A stretch of 23,656 bases of DNA from Candidatus Wukongarchaeum yapensis (GCA_016840425.1 JAEOSI010000007.1:1-23656), one strand, 5' to 3'. Numbered from the stretch's first letter, positions 7,843 to 16,278 are shown. The notes: generated from the sequence alone by a model not told the origin. Numbers and translations are program-made.

Positions 7843-9192
7843 TCATTTTTCTTTGTTATTTTTTTCCTCCAATAAGCCCTCTTTTTTAGCAGCTTGATAA
7901 AACCATTGTAATGGGTGAGAAAGGTGTTTAAGAGGTTTATCGAAAACAAGGTGAAAAGCGGTCTTACATGCCAGAACAGGTTTTCCCGAAACCATATCAC
8001 TCTTTATTTTAGCGATAAAATTTTCATAATTTTTCAGGGTTTTTTCTTCACCTGAGCGTAATCTAATCATGCTTAAAACCGTTTTTTCAACCTCTTCAGG
8101 ATCTTTATGGGCAAAAGTGCAAAAATAGGACTCGGCAATAGTCTTACATTTAGGAGGTGAATAATCGATCTTTGATCCCTCGAGACCATACAAATGCCTT
8201 ATAATATATTCAACTTTTCTAGTAAACTCTTCATAATTAAGACCTATATTATCAACCGCTTGATCGTACCAAAACCTGAGCTGGTCTTCTAAAGACATAC
8301 CTAAGCGTTTTAAAAACAGTCCAAGCTGAAACCTTTCACCATGCTCCAAATGCCCCTTTTTTGAAAGAATCATTATCAGTTCTTGCATACAAGGCGGCAT
8401 CAAGTCAACCCTGTTGAAAAGCGGAGTACCTGAAGGAATTTCACCAGGCTCAAATCCAAAGTCAGAACTATACTTTTTCGCGATTTTTCTCAGCTTATCA
8501 CGAATAGCTTTAAGTTTTTCCTGTAAGGCAGGCTCCCCTGCCACACGATCTTGCAACTTTTTGATCTTTTCTCGAAGCAAAGCTTCAAATTTCCTTTTAA
8601 TACTCCCAAAAAACACAAACAAAGGCGCAATAGCCCACCCCTTATACAGTAAAGCTCTTTTAGAACCTATAACATCAGGAACATCCGTAAAATATATAGC
8701 AACATAACCAGAACTCTCCTCAATCCCCGACCTAAAATGACGAACTCTGGAAGGTGTATACAACCCAAAACGCTTCAAAATATTCTCTTCCCCTAAAACT
8801 TTTTCCAAATCGTTTATAGACAACATTTTATCCTTTCCAAACAAAAACCGCATAACCTGTAACTTCTCTTTGTTAAGGGCTGCACGAAACCGATACTCAA
8901 AAAGATCTCCCTCATTTTCTACCAACCAAGATGCCAACCTCTCATCCTCAGAAACGGCTAACCTCAACAAAACATGCCCCGCAAACTCCCTCTTAACCAG
9001 AAGCAACCATTCATCCTCAAAAACAGCTGAAGATCTACGCAACAACCAACGCTCCCTCCGAGAAAACCGCTCAATCCGCTCATCCGCTAAACCCACCCAA
9101 GCCTCAGGATCAAAATCCAACCCAGAAACATGTTTCAAAAGAAACCAATCAGGCAAAATAACCCCTTCAGAAGAACCCATCTTTCCATCCAC
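7843..9192 (-). CDS. priL: DNA primase large subunit with a C-terminal Fe-S domain
   Basis: GHVLLRLA, PPCM, HLEHGERFQLGLFL, YSPPKCKTI..YFC; adjacent to priS. Confidence 0.93.
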   Translation of the reverse strand: MDGKMGSSEGVILPDWFLLKHVSGLDFDPEAWVGLADERIERFSRRERWLLRRSSAVFEDEWLLLVKREFAGHVLLRLAVSEDERLASWLVENEGDLFEYRFRAALNKEKLQVMRFLFGKDKMLSINDLEKVLGEENILKRFGLYTPSRVRHFRSGIEESSGYVAIYFTDVPDVIGSKRALLYKGWAIAPLFVFFGSIKRKFEALLREKIKKLQDRVAGEPALQEKLKAIRDKLRKIAKKYSSDFGFEPGEIPSGTPLFNRVDLMPPCMQELIMILSKKGHLEHGERFQLGLFLKRLGMSLEDQLRFWYDQAVDNIGLNYEEFTRKVEYIIRHLYGLEGSKIDYSPPKCKTIAESYFCTFAHKDPEEVEKTVLSMIRLRSGEEKTLKNYENFIAKIKSDMVSGKPVLACKTAFHLVFDKPLKHLSHPLQWFYQAAKKEGLLEEKNNKEK

Positions 9193-9305
9193 TTAAAAAC
9201 ACCTTAAAAAGCAAACCACTAAAATAACCCTTAAAAACCAACATAAAACAATCTTCCACTATAAACTTCTAACCCAACCCTTAAAAAAGAAACGAAAAAA
9301 CAAAA

Positions 9306-9656
9306 TTAAGTTAAGATTATGACAGCGAATTCTGCTAACGCTTTCGCTATCAAAACTTCTCCAACCCCCATAAATAGTCCTGTAACTAGTCTGAGTAAAT
9401 TGTTGCTTACCCTGTACTCTAATAGTTGTGTAAACCCGTCTATAACACCTGGCAACATCAAAATTATGCCGACTAAAAAGCCAAAAAAGCCAACATTTGT
9501 CCATGAAAATAGGAGATATAGCATTGCCCATAAAGCACCGATAAGAATACCTGTACACCTTGCGCATAGAGGCATGGGCCTACCTTTTATGTGAATTGTG
9601 CGTTCAGGAATCCTGTGGCAAATAGCTATTTTGATCTCACGATTCCCGATCTTCAA
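9306..9656 (-). CDS. DUF2085-type membrane protein (CH..PER / CARCTG)
   Basis: CHRIPERT...PLCARCTGI...DGFTQ...SNNLLRLVTG, with TM helices. Confidence 0.85.
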   Translation of the reverse strand: MKIGNREIKIAICHRIPERTIHIKGRPMPLCARCTGILIGALWAMLYLLFSWTNVGFFGFLVGIILMLPGVIDGFTQLLEYRVSNNLLRLVTGLFMGVGEVLIAKALAEFAVIILT

Positions 9657-9685
9657 AAAAAGTTATCCCCTACTCATTTTCACTC

Positions 9686-10495
9686 TCATAGTGCTAGGAG
9701 GACAGCAAAGCCGATCACAGGGATAAAGACGAGGGCTCCTACTTCATAATAGCTCATCCTGTGTGCTCTTGCAATGCCTATAGTCATTAGAAGGGCAGCC
9801 CAAATCCAAAACAGTAGTATAAGATAGTTAGTTGCTGTGACCACCCCTTGACCTTGCATATCTTCTATTGCGGTAACCATGTTCGGAACTATGTTGCTCA
9901 TACCTTGTCCGCTTGTAACCGTCACAGAAACATCACTAAGTCCTAAAAACAGGATTAGAATGGAAAGTATTTCACCCAACAAAACTGGTACAAGGGAATA
10001 ACCTACTACGACCCGTGTTTGAAAATAAGTTCCCTTACCTCCTAACAATTTGATTACTAGCCAAATAACAAAACTCCCTAAAAACAAAATAAACAAGGGT
10101 AATAGCAGAAAAATCATAGACCCAAGAAAAATTAACGCCAATAACGCTTTAGCCAAACTAGAATTAACGCTACTCTGTTCAGCAGTACTAAAACCAACAT
10201 AATCTATGTTTATATGGTAAGCATACACTGCAACTTTTATCATAGACAAAAAAGCATAAAACAATAAAATTAAAACTACCCCTTTCCCATCAGGATTCTC
10301 CGCAATCTCGGTCATAGTGTTAAGAGGATCCAATACAACACCCTTGGCACGACGAATCCTATCACGCATATAAACAGGAGGCCTAAACTTAACCTCAAGA
10401 AGACGGGTAAGATCATACCCGCAAAACGGACACAAAATATACGTGCTTGGCACGTTTTCGAAACATCGTGGACAATCCATCATTTCTTCACTCAA
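9686..10495 (-). CDS. Zinc-ribbon + Yip1-domain membrane protein
   Basis: CPRC...CPFC at the N-terminus; P..T..EIA, LLGGKG.YFQT..VVGYSLVP and five TM segments. Confidence 0.8.
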   Translation of the reverse strand: MSEEMMDCPRCFENVPSTYILCPFCGYDLTRLLEVKFRPPVYMRDRIRRAKGVVLDPLNTMTEIAENPDGKGVVLILLFYAFLSMIKVAVYAYHINIDYVGFSTAEQSSVNSSLAKALLALIFLGSMIFLLLPLFILFLGSFVIWLVIKLLGGKGTYFQTRVVVGYSLVPVLLGEILSILILFLGLSDVSVTVTSGQGMSNIVPNMVTAIEDMQGQGVVTATNYLILLFWIWAALLMTIGIARAHRMSYYEVGALVFIPVIGFAVLLAL

Positions 10496-10735
10496 AGTTC
10501 AAACCTCCGACCGAAATCAATATTTTATCGATACTAACCGTGAGTTTGTCAGCGGATGGAACTCCACTAAGCCGGTAACTTTCATAAAAAGGATACGTCA
10601 AGAAAAGAAAAGTATCAATATCATATAATTGAAAAGAATAACTTAAGTTTTTCTCCATTTTTTTGGTGTTTTTTTTATTCTTTCATGATGAAATGTTTGT
10701 AAAATAAGCATTTTAACCAAAAAGTAAGAATAATT

Positions 10736-11374
10736 CTATGCAGTTATAACAAATAGTCCTACTACGAAGGTTATGAAGATACTTACATATTTTGCTGTTT
10801 TTTTGCTTACGGTGTAGCCTTCTTTTATGCCCTCGTTAAGCAGGTAGCCGAAAATAATTGTAGCGATTAAACCTATACTCTTAACTAAAATTTCTATAGA
10901 TGTTGTCCATTTTACTTCGAAGATACCCATTAATATGACGTATAATAGGGCTACGTATAGCATTGGTATCATTGCATATCCTGAGATGCTTGCAGAAATA
11001 TTTATGCTTCCTGTCGATTCTCTAAATGCTTTAATAGACGTTAAAATAAGAGCTGATAAGACTATCCAAGCAATCAAAAAGAGTATCCCAAGGGAGAATG
11101 CCCATGTAAGGACTATTATCGACTGTTCTTCGCCAACTTCTTCTGATAAACCTAAAAAATCCTTTTCATAAAGCCCCCTTCCAAGACCTAAAAGTGCTCC
11201 AATTAAAAAAAAGACTATAGCACTACTTTTCGAATTTGGTAATAAAGCAGCTTCAATAACTCCTCTTCTTGGAGAGAAAAAAGAAGAAATCAGTCTTTTA
11301 ACAACCGATTTTTCCACTATATTCTGAACTTTTTTATCTGATAAAAAATACGAATCTTTCGATGAAGTTTCCAT
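10736..11374 (-). CDS. Yip1-family membrane protein
   Basis: FFSPR start of the domain, SISGYAMIP motif, about five TM segments; GAGGT RBS upstream of the ATG. Confidence 0.7.
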   Translation of the reverse strand: METSSKDSYFLSDKKVQNIVEKSVVKRLISSFFSPRRGVIEAALLPNSKSSAIVFFLIGALLGLGRGLYEKDFLGLSEEVGEEQSIIVLTWAFSLGILFLIAWIVLSALILTSIKAFRESTGSINISASISGYAMIPMLYVALLYVILMGIFEVKWTTSIEILVKSIGLIATIIFGYLLNEGIKEGYTVSKKTAKYVSIFITFVVGLFVITA

Positions 11375-11594
11375 TAAAATAACCTCAAGAGCATGTTATA
11401 GTTTTAATAGGTCGTCTGTTTTTTTGTTGTTTTTCTTCTTTTTCCGTTTTGTTTTTTCGTTTTTCTGCGTGGAAAATTGGTTTTTGTTTTTGATATCTTT
11501 CTTATAACTTGTTTATTTTTGTTTTTATTTTTTGGGCGTGTTTTCGTTTTACATGGTTTTTTGGGGGGTGAATTGTGGTTTTCTCTTATTTTGT

Positions 11595-11676
11595 GTTTTT
11601 TTGATTTTTTTCATAGTTTTTTGCTCTTTTCTGGTTTCTTTTTTTCTGGGTGGAAAACGGGTTGTTTTTCGTTTTT
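11595..11676 (+). repeat. T-rich dispersed repeat, copy B (homologous to 8-96)
   Basis: Same alignment blocks as copy A. Confidence 0.85.
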
Positions 11677-11702
11677 TTGTTCTTTTTTTCAAAGTTTTTT
11701 CT

Positions 11703-11752
11703 GTTCAGTCGCTGAAACAGGAAGCTCACCGCGACAACCGGGAGTAGCTCAC
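11703..11752 (+). ncRNA. Orphan omega-RNA-like 3' scaffold
   Basis: 80% ungapped identity to 1074-1123, with both hairpins retained; expression not shown. Confidence 0.5.
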
Positions 11753-12514
11753 TAGCTCATTTTTTAGCTCTTTGATAGCTTTTACTACTTTTGATGAAGG
11801 GGAGTAATCAAGTAGTGGGATTCCTTTACTATCTGCTTCAAAGACCAAAGGGTCGTAGTTCAAAGTTACAAGGATTGGGATTCCGATCTCTTTTTCAAAG
11901 GATTGGATCTTTTCTTTTTCCTCTCCGTCTAAAATTTTGTTCACGATTCCTGCGATTTTTTTGACTCCTAAGGGTTTTGCGAGTTCTGTAATTCGTTTTG
12001 CTGTAATGATTGATTTAACGTTCGGTTCAAGGACCACTAAAAGTATGTCAACATTTTTCACTATTCCTCTTCCGAGGTGTTCTAAGCCGGCTTCAAGATC
12101 TAAAACTACAATTTCGTCTTTTTCTAATATGAGTTTTCTCAAAAGAGCTTTAATTAGTGCTCCTGCAGGACACATACAGCCGGTACCTGCTACACGAACA
12201 GTACCTACTACTAAAAGGTTAACGTTATCTTTGGTGGAAACTCCAAATTTTGAGGCGATATCATCCGCTTTAGGGTTGAGTTTGTAAACTCCTCCTTCAC
12301 CGCCGACTCTTTCATGGATTAATTCATGATTTTCACAGATCGGGACAATATCGTTTGCTTTTTCTGGGGATAAACCTAAAGCTATTCCTAAATTCGGATT
12401 GGAATCTACATCAACCGCTAAAACTTTGAAATTATCGCGGGCAAGTAAACGGCTTAAGGTGGCTGCAACCGTTGTTTTACCTACACCACCTTTACCACTT
12501 ACAGCAATCTTCAA
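11726..12514 (-). CDS. cooC: CooC-type Ni-insertion ATPase (CO dehydrogenase maturation, MinD/ParA-like)
   Basis: SGKGGVGKTT, VDVDSNPNL, GCMCP, DLEAGLEHLGRG; the last 8 codons and the stop come from the mini-element. Confidence 0.9.
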   Translation of the reverse strand: MKIAVSGKGGVGKTTVAATLSRLLARDNFKVLAVDVDSNPNLGIALGLSPEKANDIVPICENHELIHERVGGEGGVYKLNPKADDIASKFGVSTKDNVNLLVVGTVRVAGTGCMCPAGALIKALLRKLILEKDEIVVLDLEAGLEHLGRGIVKNVDILLVVLEPNVKSIITAKRITELAKPLGVKKIAGIVNKILDGEEKEKIQSFEKEIGIPILVTLNYDPLVFEADSKGIPLLDYSPSSKVVKAIKELKNELVSYSRLSR

Positions 12515-12693
12515 AACATTTCACCGTTAAAATAAGGGACTTTAACTCAATTTAAACGTAACTTTTCCGTCAAAAACTCGAATTAAAAATGAGAAAGGGT
12601 GTTATATAGATGTTAAAAAAGTGTTACGAAATTTATTATTGTTATCTTCTTTTTAAGAAACCTATAACCTAATACGAGATTATTTTTTTCAGG

Positions 12694-13446
12694 GTGAATA
12701 TGGTGGAGACCCACTCAAAACCTAGAATAGCAGGTACCATCTTTCTAAACGGTAAAGTTTTTCGGGCAGAAGATTTCTTCAAAGCCCTAGAAAAGGGAGG
12801 CGTAAGGATCACCTTAGATAAAGACTACTGTTCTATCGGATTTGAGAAGATATACCCGACTTATAAATCCAGACAAGAGATGGCGATGTCATTAACATGC
12901 CATGGAAGTCTTGCTCACTGTTGTCCCGTTGAAAAAGAATGTACTGAACGTGATAAGGCTTTGGAGTTACTCAACATATCTAAAGAAGATTATAAGCGTT
13001 TGAAAGAATATTTTCATTTAAAACTTATTGAGTTTATTAAAGGGTTATGGAGGCCCAACAATAATGGACGGGTTCAAGGGAAAAATTTTGAGGAAGAGGA
13101 AAAAATAGCTTTTAAGAATGATAATAGGGAGAATGAGTTTTTTAAAGAGGTTAGAAATCCTCACGAGTATGAGAGAGATTATAAAGGTGATCAAGTCTAT
13201 GGGTTAGGATCTTCTTCTCATAATGTTGTTCGTTCACTTTCTTCTTCAAAAAATAGGGTTGAACCTGAACCTGGGTTAGAGGACCTATTCGGAGATCCTA
13301 AAAGCCGAAGAAAAATGAAAAACGAACCCGCTACGCATGTACAGGGATATACACAGGAAATGTTCACAGAAACACGATGTCCAAGATGTAATACTAAATT
13401 ACCTCCCCGGGCCGTTTTTTGCTCTGGCTGTGGAATAAAGTTATAA
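12694..13446 (+). CDS. Hypothetical metal-binding protein: methanogenesis-marker-9-like Cys motif plus C-terminal zinc ribbon
   Basis: TCHGSLAHCCPVEKECTERDKAL...NISKEDYKRLK; C-terminal CPRC...CSGC. Confidence 0.6.
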   Translation: MNMVETHSKPRIAGTIFLNGKVFRAEDFFKALEKGGVRITLDKDYCSIGFEKIYPTYKSRQEMAMSLTCHGSLAHCCPVEKECTERDKALELLNISKEDYKRLKEYFHLKLIEFIKGLWRPNNNGRVQGKNFEEEEKIAFKNDNRENEFFKEVRNPHEYERDYKGDQVYGLGSSSHNVVRSLSSSKNRVEPEPGLEDLFGDPKSRRKMKNEPATHVQGYTQEMFTETRCPRCNTKLPPRAVFCSGCGIKL

Positions 13447-13522
13447 AAACTAAACTACAATAATTTTAAAAACTTAAATCTTCTAAGCCGTCTCCCTTAA
13501 TCTTCGAAAAAGGAGAATTTTT

Positions 13523-14500
13523 TCACTTCAAAACACTGTCTATTATGGTTTGAAGTCTTTTTAGCTCCCTTTCAATAAGATCTAAATCTTTTTGAAGAAC
13601 GGAGGCTTTATTTTCAAAATCTTCCACGGTGATTTTTTGATTTTTAAGAGAAACTTTTAATTCTTCCAACTCTTTTTTAGTGCTGTACCTCGAAGCTTCT
13701 AACTGTAAAATTTTCGAATATAGTTGATCTTCGCTGAGAGGGACTATGAACTCAATATCTTCCTCTAATTCTGCTTCAGGGGCCTTTAGTTCTGCTTCTT
13801 TTTCAATCTTTTCCTCGTAGCCTATTTTTTCGATTTTTTCGACTGCTTGAGCGGTTTTTACTTCTAATATTTCACCTTTTTCATGATCCTGTGTGACCAT
13901 TTCCTGTGTGACCATTAAAGGTTTGTGGAGGATAAATCTTTGGGATAAATTTAAAAGATTCTCGTCCGCTTTTTCGAACAATTTCAAAAAATAAGATTCT
14001 AAGTCTAACCTAGGCTCTATAGATTCTTCAATCTCTACTTCTTTCTCTTCTACGGATTCTATTGGCTTTGTTTCTATACCATAATTATATCGCGCTTTAT
14101 CTTCTCTTATTTCTGAGATTTTTTCCTCTTTTGCTTCTTCGACGTAGCTTATTGTTTTTTCAGAGGGTAAAGTAACTGTTTTTTGTTGTTTTAACATCAC
14201 GCTTTTTCCTTGAACAACTAGTTCAAACAGAGAATCAATCAGTTCTCTTTCATCCCTAAACCATTCAACTACAGGGTTCCATTTTAATAGTGCATCTTTT
14301 GCTACGGATAACTTTTCTAAAAACTCTTTTGTTTCCTCCTCCCCAAAAACTAAAGCTTCTGCTTTTAAAGTAGCAATAAGGTTCAATAGCTTGATACGAT
14401 TTTGCTCCTCTTCCTCATCACTAAATTCTCCTTTAACCAACTTCTCATAAATGTCTTCTAAACACGTTAAATTTTTAGAAAAGGAAGGATGCTCCTTCAC
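13523..14500 (-). CDS. Acidic helical protein with a C-terminal steadiness-box-like hairpin
   Basis: 325-aa ORF with a GAAGGGG RBS before GTG; its C-terminal 51 aa align without gaps to the Vps23 C-terminus encoded in this window. Confidence 0.7.
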   Translation of the reverse strand: MKEHPSFSKNLTCLEDIYEKLVKGEFSDEEEEQNRIKLLNLIATLKAEALVFGEEETKEFLEKLSVAKDALLKWNPVVEWFRDERELIDSLFELVVQGKSVMLKQQKTVTLPSEKTISYVEEAKEEKISEIREDKARYNYGIETKPIESVEEKEVEIEESIEPRLDLESYFLKLFEKADENLLNLSQRFILHKPLMVTQEMVTQDHEKGEILEVKTAQAVEKIEKIGYEEKIEKEAELKAPEAELEEDIEFIVPLSEDQLYSKILQLEASRYSTKKELEELKVSLKNQKITVEDFENKASVLQKDLDLIERELKRLQTIIDSVLK

Positions 14501-14909
14501 TGAAAATTCCCCTTCAAAAGCCTATCACGCCATCCTAGTAATCAATTAAAAATTTTTATTCCCCTACATTATTTATTTCGCGTCCTTACCAGAAACTAAT
14601 AATGTAAATTTAATAATTAATTTTTACTGTTAGTTTTTTAAAATAACTCCCATTTTATATTATTATGTATTATCCTGCTTATAACTATTATATCTCACTT
14701 ATTAAATAGCCGCATTTTTTTAAAAAAGTCCATCAAAAAACAACAGATTTAGGTAGGGGCAAATAAAAAATATAAAATGATTTTAGAAAGTAATACTATT
14801 TCTTAATTTATTTTCTTTCTTTTTGCTTTTTATTATTCCATTTTAAGCTGTTTTTCATGGTTTATGGATCGTTGTCGATTTTTTATTGTGTCGTTGGTTA
14901 TAAAAGTGT

Positions 14910-15944
14910 TTATGAGAGCCCTAGGCGGGTTTCCCGCATTTCCTGATACCCTTCTGGATAATCTGTGCGAACAAAGATTTTTTCTGCGTTAGTTTCTTTT
15001 TTCAAACTGGAAACCATACTCCAGTCAGAATCTTCGCTTAGACCCCATACAAATAAACTGTGTTTTTTATCCGCTTTATTAAGATTCCTCGTGAACAACA
15101 TTTTCTGTACAAGATTACTGTAATCGTTTGTGCCTACGTCAGGTAACATAGGGCTCCAAGGCATCACGTGGATTAAAATGTGGCTGGTGATATCTGCCAA
15201 CTTTGAAACATCCTGGCCAAAATGTTCTCTTGCTCCCTCAATAAAGTTGGTCTCTGGATCAAAATAAGCACCCACTAATACTTCCAAATCCGGCTTAACA
15301 CTTCTAACCATGGAAACTACTGTTTCAACGGCTTTATTTACGTTCTCAACACGCCATTCAACCCATTTATCAAAAAGTTCTTTATCTCTCAAAATAAATT
15401 CAAAAGAAAAATCTCTCTCTATTTCTGTCATTTCGCTAAATTCTCTTCTACACTGGTCACAGAAACAGAAATCCTTGCTTGGATAACCTATCCCCCTTAG
15501 CACAATACCATAAGTTGGAAAGTTAACTATTTCTTTAGCTATAGAGCCAAGATACCTCCAATAACTTTCCTTAAAGGGACACACATAATCCGAAATCCTA
15601 AATCCTCCACTCTTTTCTACAGAATATTTTGGATCCATCCCAAAGTATTTATCAAGCATGCCATGAATAACGCCATAAACCTTAATACCGATATCGTCAG
15701 CTATTCGCGAGAAAGTGCTGTAAAAATCTTGTTGTTTAGCATCTGTAGGCGCTGAGCTTGATTTATACAATGCGTAACCGCTTTCGTGTTTAGCTACAAG
15801 CGCTACTTCATTAATATAACCGCCATATTTTGCCAGGAATTCATTGGGCGTTTCTGTACTCGAATAGGGGTCGATTACTAGGACGCCTCCACGTAATAAT
15901 AATTCCCTGATCTCCAATATTATCACCACCAAAAATGAAACCAA
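14910..15944 (-). CDS. Glycoside-hydrolase-like TIM-barrel protein (DUF187/GHL-like) with a CxCxxC site
   Basis: VCP...Y..Y....KEIV...YGIVL...YP..FCFCDQCRREF...W..WR pattern; start codon uncertain. Confidence 0.6.
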   Translation of the reverse strand: MVSFLVVIILEIRELLLRGGVLVIDPYSSTETPNEFLAKYGGYINEVALVAKHESGYALYKSSSAPTDAKQQDFYSTFSRIADDIGIKVYGVIHGMLDKYFGMDPKYSVEKSGGFRISDYVCPFKESYWRYLGSIAKEIVNFPTYGIVLRGIGYPSKDFCFCDQCRREFSEMTEIERDFSFEFILRDKELFDKWVEWRVENVNKAVETVVSMVRSVKPDLEVLVGAYFDPETNFIEGAREHFGQDVSKLADITSHILIHVMPWSPMLPDVGTNDYSNLVQKMLFTRNLNKADKKHSLFVWGLSEDSDWSMVSSLKKETNAEKIFVRTDYPEGYQEMRETRLGLS

Positions 15945-16044
15945 ACAAAAACTCTTTATTAATAGAATAATAACCCATCACGAGACTTAAAACTTTCGTG
16001 CTTTAAAGCTTTCAGAAAAAATATAGAGTGATTTTATGAAATAA

Positions 16045-16278
16045 TTATCCGCCTAGTGTTCGCGTTACTGCGAAAAGCTTATCGCCATCACTTATGCCTG
16101 CTTCTTTTAAAGTGGTATTATCTGGTTGTTCCCTTGTATGAAATGTTACAACTATGGTGCTCGGTGGTATTTTCTTCTTTTCGGCAACCATCTTCTTGAC
16201 GTCCCCTATAGTCATTAAAGGGTCTACTTTCAAGTCCAACGTGTCTCCACCAATAGCACTTACGATTTTAATCTTCAA
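16045..16278 (-). CDS. Eukaryote-type ubiquitin-like modifier ending in a free di-glycine
   Basis: 77-aa beta-grasp pattern (TIGDVKKMVAEKKKIPP...DNTTLKEAGISDGDKL) with C-terminal TLGG; GAGAGGAG RBS. Confidence 0.92.
   Translation of the reverse strand: MKIKIVSAIGGDTLDLKVDPLMTIGDVKKMVAEKKKIPPSTIVVTFHTREQPDNTTLKEAGISDGDKLFAVTRTLGG

Larger units (their letters stand above)
11408..11752 (+). mobile_element. 345-bp non-autonomous tnpB-element derivative (PATE/MITE-like) carrying the omega-RNA 3' core
   Basis: Follows TTTAA (11403-11407) and ends in GGGAGTAGCTCAC; shares the T-rich left module and the 50-nt right end with the element at 1-1123; excision restores an in-frame cooC stop. Confidence 0.8.

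Noticed and set aside
10496-10735. Possible structured leader or small ORF upstream of the Zn-ribbon Yip1 gene
   Set aside because: Only a 22-codon ORF and a weak hairpin (TGGAGTTCCA); nothing supportable
11461-11661. TTTTCTGNNTGGAAAA(CGGG) as ORB boxes of a replication origin
   Set aside because: Spacing differs from the TTCCAGTGGAA core, no cdc6/orc1 is nearby, and the motif is explained by the mobile element
11477-11755. Phe-rich ORFs 11477-11755 and 11532-11747
   Set aside because: By-products of the T-rich mini-element; only the last codons (SVAETGSS) echo a tnpB C-terminus
11408-11755. TAG...TAG as a target-site duplication of a TIR transposon
   Set aside because: No terminal inverted repeats and the right end is IS605-type; kept only as a 3-nt boundary ambiguity
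13887-13916. 15-bp tandem duplication (MVTQE/MVTQD) in the 325-aa ORF
   Set aside because: In-frame slippage in a low-complexity linker; no wider array
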